Counted from the stretch's first letter, positions 8,855 to 18,308 are shown. The stretch: 64,000 nucleotides of DNA from Patescibacteria group bacterium (GCA_038063755.1 JBBTUL010000011.1:3946-67945), one strand, 5' to 3'. Made by a program: numbers and translations. The notes: generated from the sequence alone by a model not told the origin.

Positions 8855-10525
8855 ATGATTCTGGATGATTTGCGGGGGGCAGTTCGCGGAGAGGTTTTAG
8901 GCGATGAGCAGTCGCTTTCTAAGTACAGTCACGATGCCTCCATATTTGAAGTAAAGCCGCAGGCGGTAGTACAACCACTCGACGTGGAGGATATAAAAAG
9001 CCTCGTTCGGTTCGCAACGGAAAAAAACGAGCAAGGGGAGCGAGTTTCGCTCTCCGGCCGTGCCGCAGGGACTGATATGAGCGGCGGACCGCTTACCGAG
9101 TCGATCGTAGTCGACTTCATGAAGCACCTAAACCATGTTGTTTCCGTTTCCCCGGAAGTCAACAGCCAAGGAGTCATAACTGGAGGGTCAGCCGTAACGG
9201 AGCCCGGAGTGTTTTATAGGGACTTCGAAAAAGAAACGATGAAGGTGAATCTCATCATGCCTTCATACCCGGCCTCACGCGAACTTTGTGCAATCGGAGG
9301 AATTGTTTCAAACAATTCGGGAGGAGAAAAAACGCTTATGTTCGGAAAAACCGAAGATTACGTGAGCCGCCTTAAGGTGGTCTTGAGCGATGGGAATGAA
9401 TACGAGTTTCGTTCGCTTTCTCCCGAAGAGCTCGCCAAAAAAAGGGAGCTCAAGACTTTTGAGGGAGAGATTTATCGAAAAATGTTTAAGCTTCTCGAAG
9501 AGAACTACGAAACGATTCAGCGTGCGCGCCCTGATGTCTCAAAAAATTCCGCGGGGTACTTTTTGTGGAATGTATGGGACAAAAAGAAGTTTGATCTTAC
9601 CAAGTTATTTGTTGGTGCGCAGGGTACGCTCGGTCTTATCACCGAAGTCGAATTTCAACTTGTTCCGGTCAAAAAGCATTCGCGTATGGTAATAGTTTCG
9701 CTTCGAAACACCGACGTGGTGAGCGAGATGATCAACGTGATACTTTCCTTCAAGCCGGAGAGCTTCGAGTCGTATGATGACAAAACGCTCAAGCTTGCTA
9801 TGAAATTTGCTCCCGAACTGGTCCGGAAGCTTAAAAAGAATATTTTTGTCCTTGCATGGGAATTTCTTCCGAGCATTTTAGCGATGCTCCGTATCGGATT
9901 TCCAAAGCTTGTTTTACTTGTCGAGTTCAACGGAGACAACGAAGCTGAACTCGAGGAGAAGACAAAAGAAGTTGCGAAAGCGCTCAAGCGTTTTCGCTCT
10001 CCAGTGCGGAGAACGCGGAGCGAAGAAGAGGGGAAGGAGTACTGGGAAATTCGAAGAGAGAGCTTCAGCCTGCTGCGTGGCCACGTGAAGGACAGGCACA
10101 CCGTTCCCTTTATAGACGATGTTATCGTAAAACCCGAACACCTTCCTGAATTCCTACCGAAACTCGACGCCATCCTTGCGCCGTACAAAGACAAGATGAT
10201 TTACACGATTGCCGGGCACGAAGGAAATGGAAACTTCCATATTATTCCTCTTATGAAAATTGAAGATCCAGAAACTCGCGCGCTCATTCCCAAAATCTCA
10301 GATGCGGTTTACGACCTGGTGCTCGAGTATGGAGGTTCGATTACGGCAGAACACAATGATGGAATTATCCGGACGCCATACCTTACGAAGATGTATGGGG
10401 AGGGGGTCGTCAAATTGTTCGAGGATACGAAGAACATTTTCGATCCAAAAGGCATTTTTAACCCGGGAAAGAAGGTCAGGGGGACTCTCGAGTATGCCAT
10501 GAGCCATATCCGTGAGCGGTGGTAG
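8855..10525 (+). CDS. FAD-binding oxidoreductase (FAD-linked oxidase / GlcD-like dehydrogenase)
   Basis: N-terminal PCMH-type FAD-binding domain (RAAGTDMSGGPL, GGIVSNNSGGEK). C-terminal FAD-oxidase domain. 556 aa. Confidence 0.8.
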   Translation: MILDDLRGAVRGEVLGDEQSLSKYSHDASIFEVKPQAVVQPLDVEDIKSLVRFATEKNEQGERVSLSGRAAGTDMSGGPLTESIVVDFMKHLNHVVSVSPEVNSQGVITGGSAVTEPGVFYRDFEKETMKVNLIMPSYPASRELCAIGGIVSNNSGGEKTLMFGKTEDYVSRLKVVLSDGNEYEFRSLSPEELAKKRELKTFEGEIYRKMFKLLEENYETIQRARPDVSKNSAGYFLWNVWDKKKFDLTKLFVGAQGTLGLITEVEFQLVPVKKHSRMVIVSLRNTDVVSEMINVILSFKPESFESYDDKTLKLAMKFAPELVRKLKKNIFVLAWEFLPSILAMLRIGFPKLVLLVEFNGDNEAELEEKTKEVAKALKRFRSPVRRTRSEEEGKEYWEIRRESFSLLRGHVKDRHTVPFIDDVIVKPEHLPEFLPKLDAILAPYKDKMIYTIAGHEGNGNFHIIPLMKIEDPETRALIPKISDAVYDLVLEYGGSITAEHNDGIIRTPYLTKMYGEGVVKLFEDTKNIFDPKGIFNPGKKVRGTLEYAMSHIRERW

Positions 10526-10640
10526 TTGCCTGATCGACGGGGAAGCGCTCAGAAGTTGACAAGGCCCTATTGCGCTTGCGAAAAAGAGCGTGCTATATTG
10601 CAGGTAGGACTTTGACTTCTTCAAAAAAAGGAGTGAACCA

Positions 10641-13388
10641 GTGAACGTCAAAGCTAAAAAAGCGCTTTCGGAGCCGAATTTTAAGGACTCTGAGTTTGCA
10701 AGTTTCGCGAATAAACTAATCGAACGCGGGATTCTTGAGAAACCCGTTTCGGAGTTCGTTCGTGAATTGAACAAAGAGTCTTTCGGTGGTGATTCTCCGT
10801 GGCGGAGGATCAAGGTTGCCGATCTTACGAAGTCGGTGCTCGATTCTATTATTTGGACGAAGGATCGTCTTGATTTATTGAAGGATCACGTTCGACTTGG
10901 AGTCGAACTTGGTCCGGTCTATAAGATTCTTGCATATATCCCGAAGAAGATGGTTGATGCAAAGGCATCCGATCTTCGGGGAAAGAGCCGCAAGACTATT
11001 TTTCCTGAGCTGTCCGAGCCGGGCGTGGGGAGACTCGCAACCGACGAGGAAATCAAAAAGGGGCACATTGTCCCACTCAAGACATACACGCTAAAGAAGC
11101 CGTACGTTGTTTCGATTCCTGACCCTGAGAAATTCAGAGTGCTTTTCGTGAACGCGCCTCATCTTGGACTCGAATACAATCGAGTTCTTGCGGAGAACTT
11201 TTTGCGAAACGCGCTCGTTCGAGCGGAGAAGAAAAAGTTCGATGCAGTGGTTTTAACGGGTGCTCTTATGTGGCTCGATGCGAGTCGAGCGCATGGACAC
11301 CTTACCACTCACCGGGCGCTTTACTCCGGACTGGATTTTGATCCAGACGCGCTTGACCCTGGATACGGGGAAAAGGCAAAAAAAGTTCGCAAAGAAAAGA
11401 ATCCGAACGTTGTTACCTTCTCGACGCTTAGAGAGCGAGTGAAGATGGCGATGGGTGGATACAGGAAGGTTTTTCTTCTCGACGAGCGGAATCCTGTTTT
11501 CTCGGGTAAGGTCTACGTTTGCTTCGGAAAGCAGGAAGAAGAAATGATCGAGGCCGCGGCCCACGATCACATTCGATACGTCGTAGATAGGATGCGAGGA
11601 AGTGTCGATACCGAAAAGAAGGCCCTCGAGGCCGAGCTTAGATTCAAGTTGAGCGATGGGTCGAGTGGCGGTAAAGGGATTGACGAACTTCGTGAACGTA
11701 TCGACGAGCTCCGTCGTGAGGAGCAGAGAATGATTCAAACGAACGTTGATGTCATTGATAGGCGACGATTCGTTGACATCATTCGGACCCTCCTGATTTC
11801 CTGGTATAAGGAGGTAATTCCAAACTGTGAATTTGTTGCGCAAGGATCGACGGTTTTCTCGATCGGTGGAAAAACGATCCAAATCCTTCAAGAGGGCGAT
11901 GATTCGCTTTCCCGCGCGAAAATCGATAATGCCATGAAGGGGAGTTCGGGAAGAGCCCTTGGCGGGCGACTCTCGGACTTTGTTCTTGCTGCTGGACCGT
12001 ACAGTGTCGACGCTCGCGAGGGAATCATTGAGCGGGTTTCCGGGAAGAACCGTGAAACGACGCGTGTCTGGACGCTTCCTGTGGCAATCGACGTTGATTA
12101 TTTGCGGAATGCTCGACCGGAGCTTGTCCGGCGCGCTTCACCGCTCGAGAGATTGTTGGGAGATGCGGGCTTTAGTCCGGGAGTTTTCGAGCTTGGTTTT
12201 GTAAATGGTATTTGGGATTGCAGCGTTATCTCTCCAAGGACTTTCGGACACAAGGCACCGAAGGTGGTGGGTAGCACCCCATATATCTATCTCATTGCTG
12301 ATGGAGACTATCATTATGGTGCTCCTGCGAAAGACTGGATTTTTGATCCGGTAACCAGGTCCTATCTTCCTATTGAAGTTGCGGCATCGGAACTTTTCAT
12401 GAGAGAGTTCGTTGCCAAAGGAAAGGACCTTCCATTTTCTGGGTGGCATTGCGGAGGCGACTTCCTCCACGGGAAGCACTTCCCAACGCACCAGGCGAGA
12501 AATCCTGGAACGTTACCCTACGCGACCATCGCGAAAAGATTGAGCGAGGCCAGGAAGGATTCCGGCAAGGTTCAAGAGGTTTTGAATCTTATCGATAGTC
12601 AACTTCAGAAGAGGGGAGAGGTGTGGATGAACTCTCAGCTCGAAGAAGCGATCAGGATATCGATTCTTCCGAGAATTCCCTTCTTTGCTGCGGTTCTGAA
12701 GCACGCGAAGGATGCAGGAGTTCGGATGCGAGGGACCGCGGAGGTTTATACTGGGTCTTCTGATCTTGCGTCGATAGATATGGGATGTCTTAACGTTTTG
12801 GGCGGCAATCACGCGGAAAAGACGACTTTCGGAGAGTTTCTCGAAAGTCCTGTGATTGCGTGGATGATTCGCCTTGCTCTTGTCCCGAGCGGGTTTAGCC
12901 TCGAAGAGCTGGAACGGCTCGTTCGGGCGCCGCTTTTCGGACCGGAGAACATTGGATATGGTCTGCTCTCTGTGCCGGATGGGTACGAGTGGGCGATTCA
13001 TATTCGCCACGATCCTCCAGTCAAAGGTCCGCAGAACGGATGGACCTTGAGGGGAGTCGCGGAGAAATATCGCGAACGCGGTGACTATCCAAGGATTTTC
13101 ACTGGGCGGCACATGATCGCAATGAGTTCGGATATTCACCGAGCTGGAGCAAGTTTCGGACCTGATATCCATGTTGTTTCTGTGCCGGCGTGCACTGATG
13201 GCGATGCCTACGGTGAGCGTTTTGGCATGAGTCGGAACAACATCGGGTTTACCGTGGTCGGACTTCCGGTTCATGGACCGCTGGCTGGTCCTGTCCGGGT
13301 AATTCAGTTCACTCACGATATTTTGAGGAAGTATTTTGCGAATCCTTGGTCGATCGACTGGGACACCTTGTTCCGGGGAGCGATCTAG
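10641..13388 (+). CDS. Large hypothetical protein (915 aa); C-terminal half with ordered calcineurin-like metallophosphoesterase-like motifs
   Basis: GTG start 7 nt after AAGGAG. No recognisable family overall. Motifs in order: DGDYHYG (~12300), GGDFLHG (~12455), GGNHAE (~12801), HIRHD. An N-terminal weaker echo is present (FVNAPHLG ... FDAVVLTGALMWLD). Confidence 0.7.
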   Translation: MNVKAKKALSEPNFKDSEFASFANKLIERGILEKPVSEFVRELNKESFGGDSPWRRIKVADLTKSVLDSIIWTKDRLDLLKDHVRLGVELGPVYKILAYIPKKMVDAKASDLRGKSRKTIFPELSEPGVGRLATDEEIKKGHIVPLKTYTLKKPYVVSIPDPEKFRVLFVNAPHLGLEYNRVLAENFLRNALVRAEKKKFDAVVLTGALMWLDASRAHGHLTTHRALYSGLDFDPDALDPGYGEKAKKVRKEKNPNVVTFSTLRERVKMAMGGYRKVFLLDERNPVFSGKVYVCFGKQEEEMIEAAAHDHIRYVVDRMRGSVDTEKKALEAELRFKLSDGSSGGKGIDELRERIDELRREEQRMIQTNVDVIDRRRFVDIIRTLLISWYKEVIPNCEFVAQGSTVFSIGGKTIQILQEGDDSLSRAKIDNAMKGSSGRALGGRLSDFVLAAGPYSVDAREGIIERVSGKNRETTRVWTLPVAIDVDYLRNARPELVRRASPLERLLGDAGFSPGVFELGFVNGIWDCSVISPRTFGHKAPKVVGSTPYIYLIADGDYHYGAPAKDWIFDPVTRSYLPIEVAASELFMREFVAKGKDLPFSGWHCGGDFLHGKHFPTHQARNPGTLPYATIAKRLSEARKDSGKVQEVLNLIDSQLQKRGEVWMNSQLEEAIRISILPRIPFFAAVLKHAKDAGVRMRGTAEVYTGSSDLASIDMGCLNVLGGNHAEKTTFGEFLESPVIAWMIRLALVPSGFSLEELERLVRAPLFGPENIGYGLLSVPDGYEWAIHIRHDPPVKGPQNGWTLRGVAEKYRERGDYPRIFTGRHMIAMSSDIHRAGASFGPDIHVVSVPACTDGDAYGERFGMSRNNIGFTVVGLPVHGPLAGPVRVIQFTHDILRKYFANPWSIDWDTLFRGAI

Positions 13389-13491
13389 GTCGCAGATATT
13401 CGTACAGCCGAGATTTTCTCGGCTGTTTTTTATTGACAAAAAAAGCGATTCAGCTTTAAGCTGTGGTCAGCAATCTCCTTTCGGAGGGGAC

Positions 13492-14628
13492 ATGAAAATT
13501 TGCGGCAGAGATATCGGTATTCAAGGGGTCATCACGATATTCCTGATCTTCCTCGGCACGGTCTCACTGGTTGTATCGAGTACGCCGACCGAGATCCTGA
13601 TCCTGATGCTCTTGGCCTACGCCTCGAATGCGAGCTATTCGATGGTGAGCCGGTCTGCGGTGAGAACAAGCGTGCTTTACCACGCGCTTACCGTCTTCTT
13701 AAACAACACCTTGTTCTATTTGGTGTTGCACCGGCTTGTCCAGAACGATCTGAGCATTGTGCTCTTCATTCCGTATACCGTAGCCACGGTTTTCGGGAGT
13801 CAGAATGGCTCTCTCGCTTCGATGAGGATAGAGGAGAGGTTTGGCATCAAGGCGAACCCGGACAAGAAGGCGAAGCCTACGCCCCAGTCAGTCCTCGCTC
13901 AGAAGCTGTTGCTTGGTTTCGTGGGAGTGTTGGGTATCGTTGCGGCGGTTTTTACGCGCGACTTGAAGACCGCAGCGTTCGTCGCATTCCTCGCCCTCGC
14001 GGACAACCTTACCTTCTCGGTTTTGCGGCGCTCCAGGAATACCAACAACGTTGCATATCACATCATTGCATCGATCGCGAAAGGTACGGTGTGGTATTTG
14101 CTGTTCCGAGAACTCTCGCTTTCAAAAATGGCGCTCGGATTCTTTCCGCAGTACTGTTTCGGGTCCGTGCTTGGCGGGCTGATCGGTCAAGACGTGTCGT
14201 TGCGGATTGAGCGGTTGATAGGTGCATCCGCGGACGACCACCTAAAGTCCAAAGCGAAGCACTTCATGCCGACCGTTTCCCTCGCCATCCTTTCCCTTGG
14301 GGTGGTCGCGATCTCGTTTTTTGCGAACGAACCGAGCTTTGCCGTCTACCTTGCCTTGCTCTCCGGAGCCCAACAGGTGTCTTTCACCATCGTGAGTCGC
14401 TCCCGAAACCGAGGCCACATGGGCTACCACATGCTTGCTTCGATCTTGAGCAATGGGGTGTGGTTCTTGACGTTTCGCCAGGCGAACCTGGAACATTGGT
14501 CCCCAGACCTCTATCTACCATTTGCCCTCGGCGGAACTGCCGGAAGCATTAGCGGAGCCGGGATTTCGATGCAGATCGAACGCAAGCTTGGTATTTCCTC
14601 TGACGCGCATCTTGCGAAGCCTGCATAG
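13492..14628 (+). CDS. Integral membrane protein built from three ~115-aa internal repeats
   Basis: Each repeat has two TM helices, a (S/T)xVSRS(A/R)...Y(H)...L motif, then RIEERFGI / RIERLIGAS / QIERKLGIS. The ORF opens at 13336, but the likely start is ATG 13492 (MKICGRD). Confidence 0.65.
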   Translation: MKICGRDIGIQGVITIFLIFLGTVSLVVSSTPTEILILMLLAYASNASYSMVSRSAVRTSVLYHALTVFLNNTLFYLVLHRLVQNDLSIVLFIPYTVATVFGSQNGSLASMRIEERFGIKANPDKKAKPTPQSVLAQKLLLGFVGVLGIVAAVFTRDLKTAAFVAFLALADNLTFSVLRRSRNTNNVAYHIIASIAKGTVWYLLFRELSLSKMALGFFPQYCFGSVLGGLIGQDVSLRIERLIGASADDHLKSKAKHFMPTVSLAILSLGVVAISFFANEPSFAVYLALLSGAQQVSFTIVSRSRNRGHMGYHMLASILSNGVWFLTFRQANLEHWSPDLYLPFALGGTAGSISGAGISMQIERKLGISSDAHLAKPA

Positions 14629-14634
14629 TGATAC

Positions 14635-14660
14635 AACCCGACTTGCGTCGGGTTTTTTGT
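14635..14660 (+). terminator. Rho-independent terminator (AACCCGAC-ttgc-GTCGGGTT + T6)
   Basis: Perfect stem followed by TTTTTTG, just past the membrane-protein stop. Confidence 0.65.
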
Positions 14661-14727
14661 TTGGGACTTGCATTGCGGCAGGCGAGATGTTTAAGTCTTT
14701 ATAGTTGCGATTTAAAAGGAGGATTTT

Positions 14728-15468
14728 TTGTCTAGACGAAGAGTCGCCGTGTTCTTTGATTGGAACGGGACGCTCTTGAACGATCTGCCGCTAGTGTTCA
14801 AAAGCGTAATGGAGATTTTCAAACGGTATTCGGTTCGCCCTCCGAGCAAGAGGCAATACCTTGCGGAGATTAATGGAGACTTTATGAAATTCTACTGGGG
14901 ACATGGAATTCCTCCGAATAGATCCGCGTCCGACTTGAATAAGATCAGAAGGGGAATCATTTTTGAGAACTCAATTCCGACATCGCTCCATCAAAACGCG
15001 AGAAGGACTTTAAGCTCCCTGGAGAGAATGGGATTCACGCTTGCGCTTATCAGCGCAGAAGACTCCGCCCTTCTTGCTTCGGAAACCGCACGCTTTCACG
15101 TTCGCGAGAAGTTTAGCCTGATTCGTGGAGATTCTCGAAAGAAGACTCCGGTAATCAGGCGAGCGCTTCGCGAACTCGACGTTTCTCCAGAACGGGTGCT
15201 CTACGTTGGAGATACAGTTGATGATGTTGTTTCTGCAAGGAGAGCCGGAGTGCTCACCGTTGCATTCTCGAGGGGATATAATTCGAAGAGAAGGCTTGAG
15301 CGTGCCGCTCCGTCTTTCCTCATCGACAATCTCATTGATGTGCCAAGAATTGCCAAGCGGCTTTTTCTTGATGCAGGGTGCAATCTTGGAAGCAAGTCGG
15401 GGCGCGCGGTCTCGTCGCCTTGTTACGACGACCTACCCAGATTTGCGAGAAGCACCTTCCTCGACTGA
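14728..15468 (+). CDS. HAD-superfamily hydrolase
   Basis: TTG start 6 nt after AAAGGAGG. Motif I FFDWNGTL (DxN variant), motif IV VGDTVDDV. Confidence 0.75.
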   Translation: MSRRRVAVFFDWNGTLLNDLPLVFKSVMEIFKRYSVRPPSKRQYLAEINGDFMKFYWGHGIPPNRSASDLNKIRRGIIFENSIPTSLHQNARRTLSSLERMGFTLALISAEDSALLASETARFHVREKFSLIRGDSRKKTPVIRRALRELDVSPERVLYVGDTVDDVVSARRAGVLTVAFSRGYNSKRRLERAAPSFLIDNLIDVPRIAKRLFLDAGCNLGSKSGRAVSSPCYDDLPRFARSTFLD

Positions 15469-15560
15469 GGTTGATATTCACCAGTTGCCCGACATTTGTC
15501 GGGCACTTTAATTTTGTTATACTAGGGGCAGAAGCTTGAAAAGACAGAAAGGACTATGCG

Positions 15561-18254
15561 ATGGAAGCGGATCTTTCAAAGGTTCCGAAGAGATTGGTTG
15601 TTATGAACTGGAGTAACCCAGGAGGCAGTCCGAAGGTCTGCTTTCCTGGAGTACGGGCAGTACTTCCGTTCCCAGATTTGAGCGGTGCCCCGAGTATTGA
15701 AAAAGGGGTTGCCAAAATGAAAGAAGACGGGGCTTTTCTCGTCCAGTATCAGAAAGAAGACGTATCGTTTCCGGTTTCTCTCATTGTTCTCATCAAAGAA
15801 GCGAAGAACGTGGAAAAAGACGGAAGAAAAATCACGTTGATCATCGGAGAATTTACTCGAAGAGTTCTGTTGTCATCTCATTGCGATGAGGAGTTCGGAA
15901 GCAGTTATGAGTGGACTCCTGCGGAAGAGACTTGCTTTTCCGAAGAAGAGTTTGGCAGTCAGGAGACACAGGAAATGATTCAAGGTGTCGCAAGGTTAAG
16001 CGAAGAGCTTTTGGACCTCATGCAGCAGGGGAGCCCCAGTATTTTGCCCGAAATTTGGAAGCTTTGCGAAAAAAGAGAGTCAATCGGGGAATTTCTCGAC
16101 AATATTTCTTCGCCGCTCTTGAGCGTCTGCTCGATGAGTAAGGAAGTTGCCGATGCAGCCGAGGCGCTCATCTGTGAGCTGGGACATAAAAAGCGACTTG
16201 AAATTTTGTCTTTCATATATCCCATTGCCATTGATCTTCTGAAGAAGGAGAAGGATAGCAGCGAGACCTTTGATGGGCTTGTCGCGATTCCGTTTGACGT
16301 CAATGACGGGACAGAGCTTATCATGTTCCCCGGAACTCCATTTATGACCTCGCTTGGTGTAAAGGGATCGCTTTCCGAGGAAAGACTTCTTAAAAAGATA
16401 AGAGAAGACAAAGAAATGGTCTTCTATACCCCGAAAGACGGCATGATTCCGCAGATCGGAATTTTGGTTCATGTCAGGACGTCTCGGAATAACGGACTTA
16501 GATCAATTTCCTGCCGCGCGCTTCGACGCGTTGAAATACTTGATTACCAAATAGATCAAGGGATGTTTGGCGTAAAACACGGCGACGTAGATGAAATTCA
16601 GCTTGGTGAAAAAGAATTTCTAAGTGCCGAAGTGCAGAAAAAGATTTCCGATCTCAAGGCTTTTAGCGAAAGATTTCTGAGTTTTTTCAGGGCGGATGAA
16701 TCGGGTGGAGATGTTGAAATAGACGAACGGCATATCAAGAATTCGGAAAGCGTCGAGAGTCTTGGGAAATACCTTGACGTCCTTGCGCAACAACTTGTTT
16801 TTATTTTTCCACCCATAGACTCGATAATTACATCATCGCTTCGGGAACTGATTTGCGAGCTTGATCAAAAGAAGCGGATCGAGATTCTCTTGAACGCCTA
16901 TCCGCTCGCCATAGAATTTGCGAAAAAAACGGTAAGCGGGGAAAGCTTGATCATTGCTCCTTCGCCTGATCTTCTTGCGAATCCTTCGCAGCATGCCGAA
17001 CGACGAACCGCGTTCAAGCTCGAGGATTTTGCAAATGATTCCGCAGAAGTGGAAGTTCCTCTCTCGGATAAGCCTGGTCAACGACATCGTTCTCCAGAAG
17101 TCGAGACGTTCTATCGTTTTCTTCGGAAGAACGTTATTGGCGAAGGCGGACAAAAGCGTGCGATCAAGCGCCTTACTACTAGATTTGAGGTTTATCGCTC
17201 GCTTTTCCGGAAGCACCGCAAGCCGATAGGAACATTTCTATTTTTGGGTCCCTCGGGAGTCGGCAAGACAGAGCTTGCCGAACGGGTGGCAGAATTTCTT
17301 CTTGGACAGAAAACGTCTGTCACAAAAATTGCCTGCGGTGAGTATACAGAAGGGCATCAGGTTTCGAGGCTCATCGGCTCGCCGCCCGGATACGTTGGAT
17401 CGGACGATCGGCCGCTCCTTGCTCAGGAGCGAGTTGATAGGTATGGCATTGAGGCCGAAATCAAATGGCTGCAATCTCAACTAAACGAACCGAATTTGCC
17501 ACCGGAGAAAGAGAAGGTTTTGCTCGAGAGACTGAAAATTTTCGGATCTCATCTCGGGCACAAGCAGGGTTCGCGGTCAGGGGAGAGCTCAAAAGCAATC
17601 CGTACGGCGGATCTTGCGAGGGCCTATCCGGTTCTCTCGGTTCTCCTTGTCGACGAAATTGACAAAGCGCACGAAAATCTTTTAAAGTTTTTTCTTGAGG
17701 TTTCTTCAAAGGGGGTCGCGCAGCTTTCGAACGGTGAGGAAGTTGACCTTTCGAACTCGTTCATTATCTTCACGAGCAATCATGGATCGAAAAAAATCGC
17801 ACAGATTCTTCATGGAAAGGTCACGAGAGTAGGTTTCGGAGACGGCCACCAAGAAAAGTCTGTTTACGAGGTTGCCATGGATGAACTGAGGAGAGTCCTT
17901 CCGCCGGAACTTATCGGACGGATTCAAGATGACATTGTTGTTTTTTCGGAGTTGAGCCACGAAGAGATGCGGAAGATTCGAGACCTGAGATTTTCCGAGC
18001 TCGATCTGCAAATTCGGGCGAAGATGCCCAATCTTTCGGTCGAGTTTGATGGGGCTGCAAAAGAATTCATCTTTTCGAAATCCTCCGATCACCCGGAGTA
18101 CGGGGCACGAGTCCTGGAGGCGAAGATTGATCACTATGTCATCGAACCTTTAGCAGAACAGCTGAATAATGGCGAGCTAAAGGACGGCGACAAGGTTTTG
18201 GGGGTCCTCCTTGCGGGGGACGAGGAGATGGAGATTCGTTTCAAGAAGGTGTAA
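15561..18254 (+). CDS. Atypical AAA+ protein: novel ~520-aa N-terminal region plus a single ClpA/ClpB D2-like ATPase module
   Basis: Walker A FLFLGPSGVGKTELAE, GSPPGYVGSDD, Walker B LLVDEIDKAHENLLKFFLEV, sensor IIFTSNHGS and the D2 small domain are all ClpA/B-like. A ~60-aa coiled-coil insert sits between Walker A and Walker B. The N-terminus has two LICEL(G/D)xKKR(L/I)EIL..YP(I/L)AI repeats. Confidence 0.8.
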   Translation: MEADLSKVPKRLVVMNWSNPGGSPKVCFPGVRAVLPFPDLSGAPSIEKGVAKMKEDGAFLVQYQKEDVSFPVSLIVLIKEAKNVEKDGRKITLIIGEFTRRVLLSSHCDEEFGSSYEWTPAEETCFSEEEFGSQETQEMIQGVARLSEELLDLMQQGSPSILPEIWKLCEKRESIGEFLDNISSPLLSVCSMSKEVADAAEALICELGHKKRLEILSFIYPIAIDLLKKEKDSSETFDGLVAIPFDVNDGTELIMFPGTPFMTSLGVKGSLSEERLLKKIREDKEMVFYTPKDGMIPQIGILVHVRTSRNNGLRSISCRALRRVEILDYQIDQGMFGVKHGDVDEIQLGEKEFLSAEVQKKISDLKAFSERFLSFFRADESGGDVEIDERHIKNSESVESLGKYLDVLAQQLVFIFPPIDSIITSSLRELICELDQKKRIEILLNAYPLAIEFAKKTVSGESLIIAPSPDLLANPSQHAERRTAFKLEDFANDSAEVEVPLSDKPGQRHRSPEVETFYRFLRKNVIGEGGQKRAIKRLTTRFEVYRSLFRKHRKPIGTFLFLGPSGVGKTELAERVAEFLLGQKTSVTKIACGEYTEGHQVSRLIGSPPGYVGSDDRPLLAQERVDRYGIEAEIKWLQSQLNEPNLPPEKEKVLLERLKIFGSHLGHKQGSRSGESSKAIRTADLARAYPVLSVLLVDEIDKAHENLLKFFLEVSSKGVAQLSNGEEVDLSNSFIIFTSNHGSKKIAQILHGKVTRVGFGDGHQEKSVYEVAMDELRRVLPPELIGRIQDDIVVFSELSHEEMRKIRDLRFSELDLQIRAKMPNLSVEFDGAAKEFIFSKSSDHPEYGARVLEAKIDHYVIEPLAEQLNNGELKDGDKVLGVLLAGDEEMEIRFKKV

Positions 18255-18308
18255 TAATCCGGCATGAAAATGCCGGTTTTTTATTTCAAAATCAGCGATT
18301 TTCATCCG

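Noticed and set aside
13500-14210. 236-aa + strand ORF in a second frame across the triplicated membrane-protein gene
   Set aside because: Arg/Gly/Pro-rich low-complexity translation typical of an out-of-frame reading of GC-rich coding DNA. It lies fully inside a gene that has clear TM periodicity.
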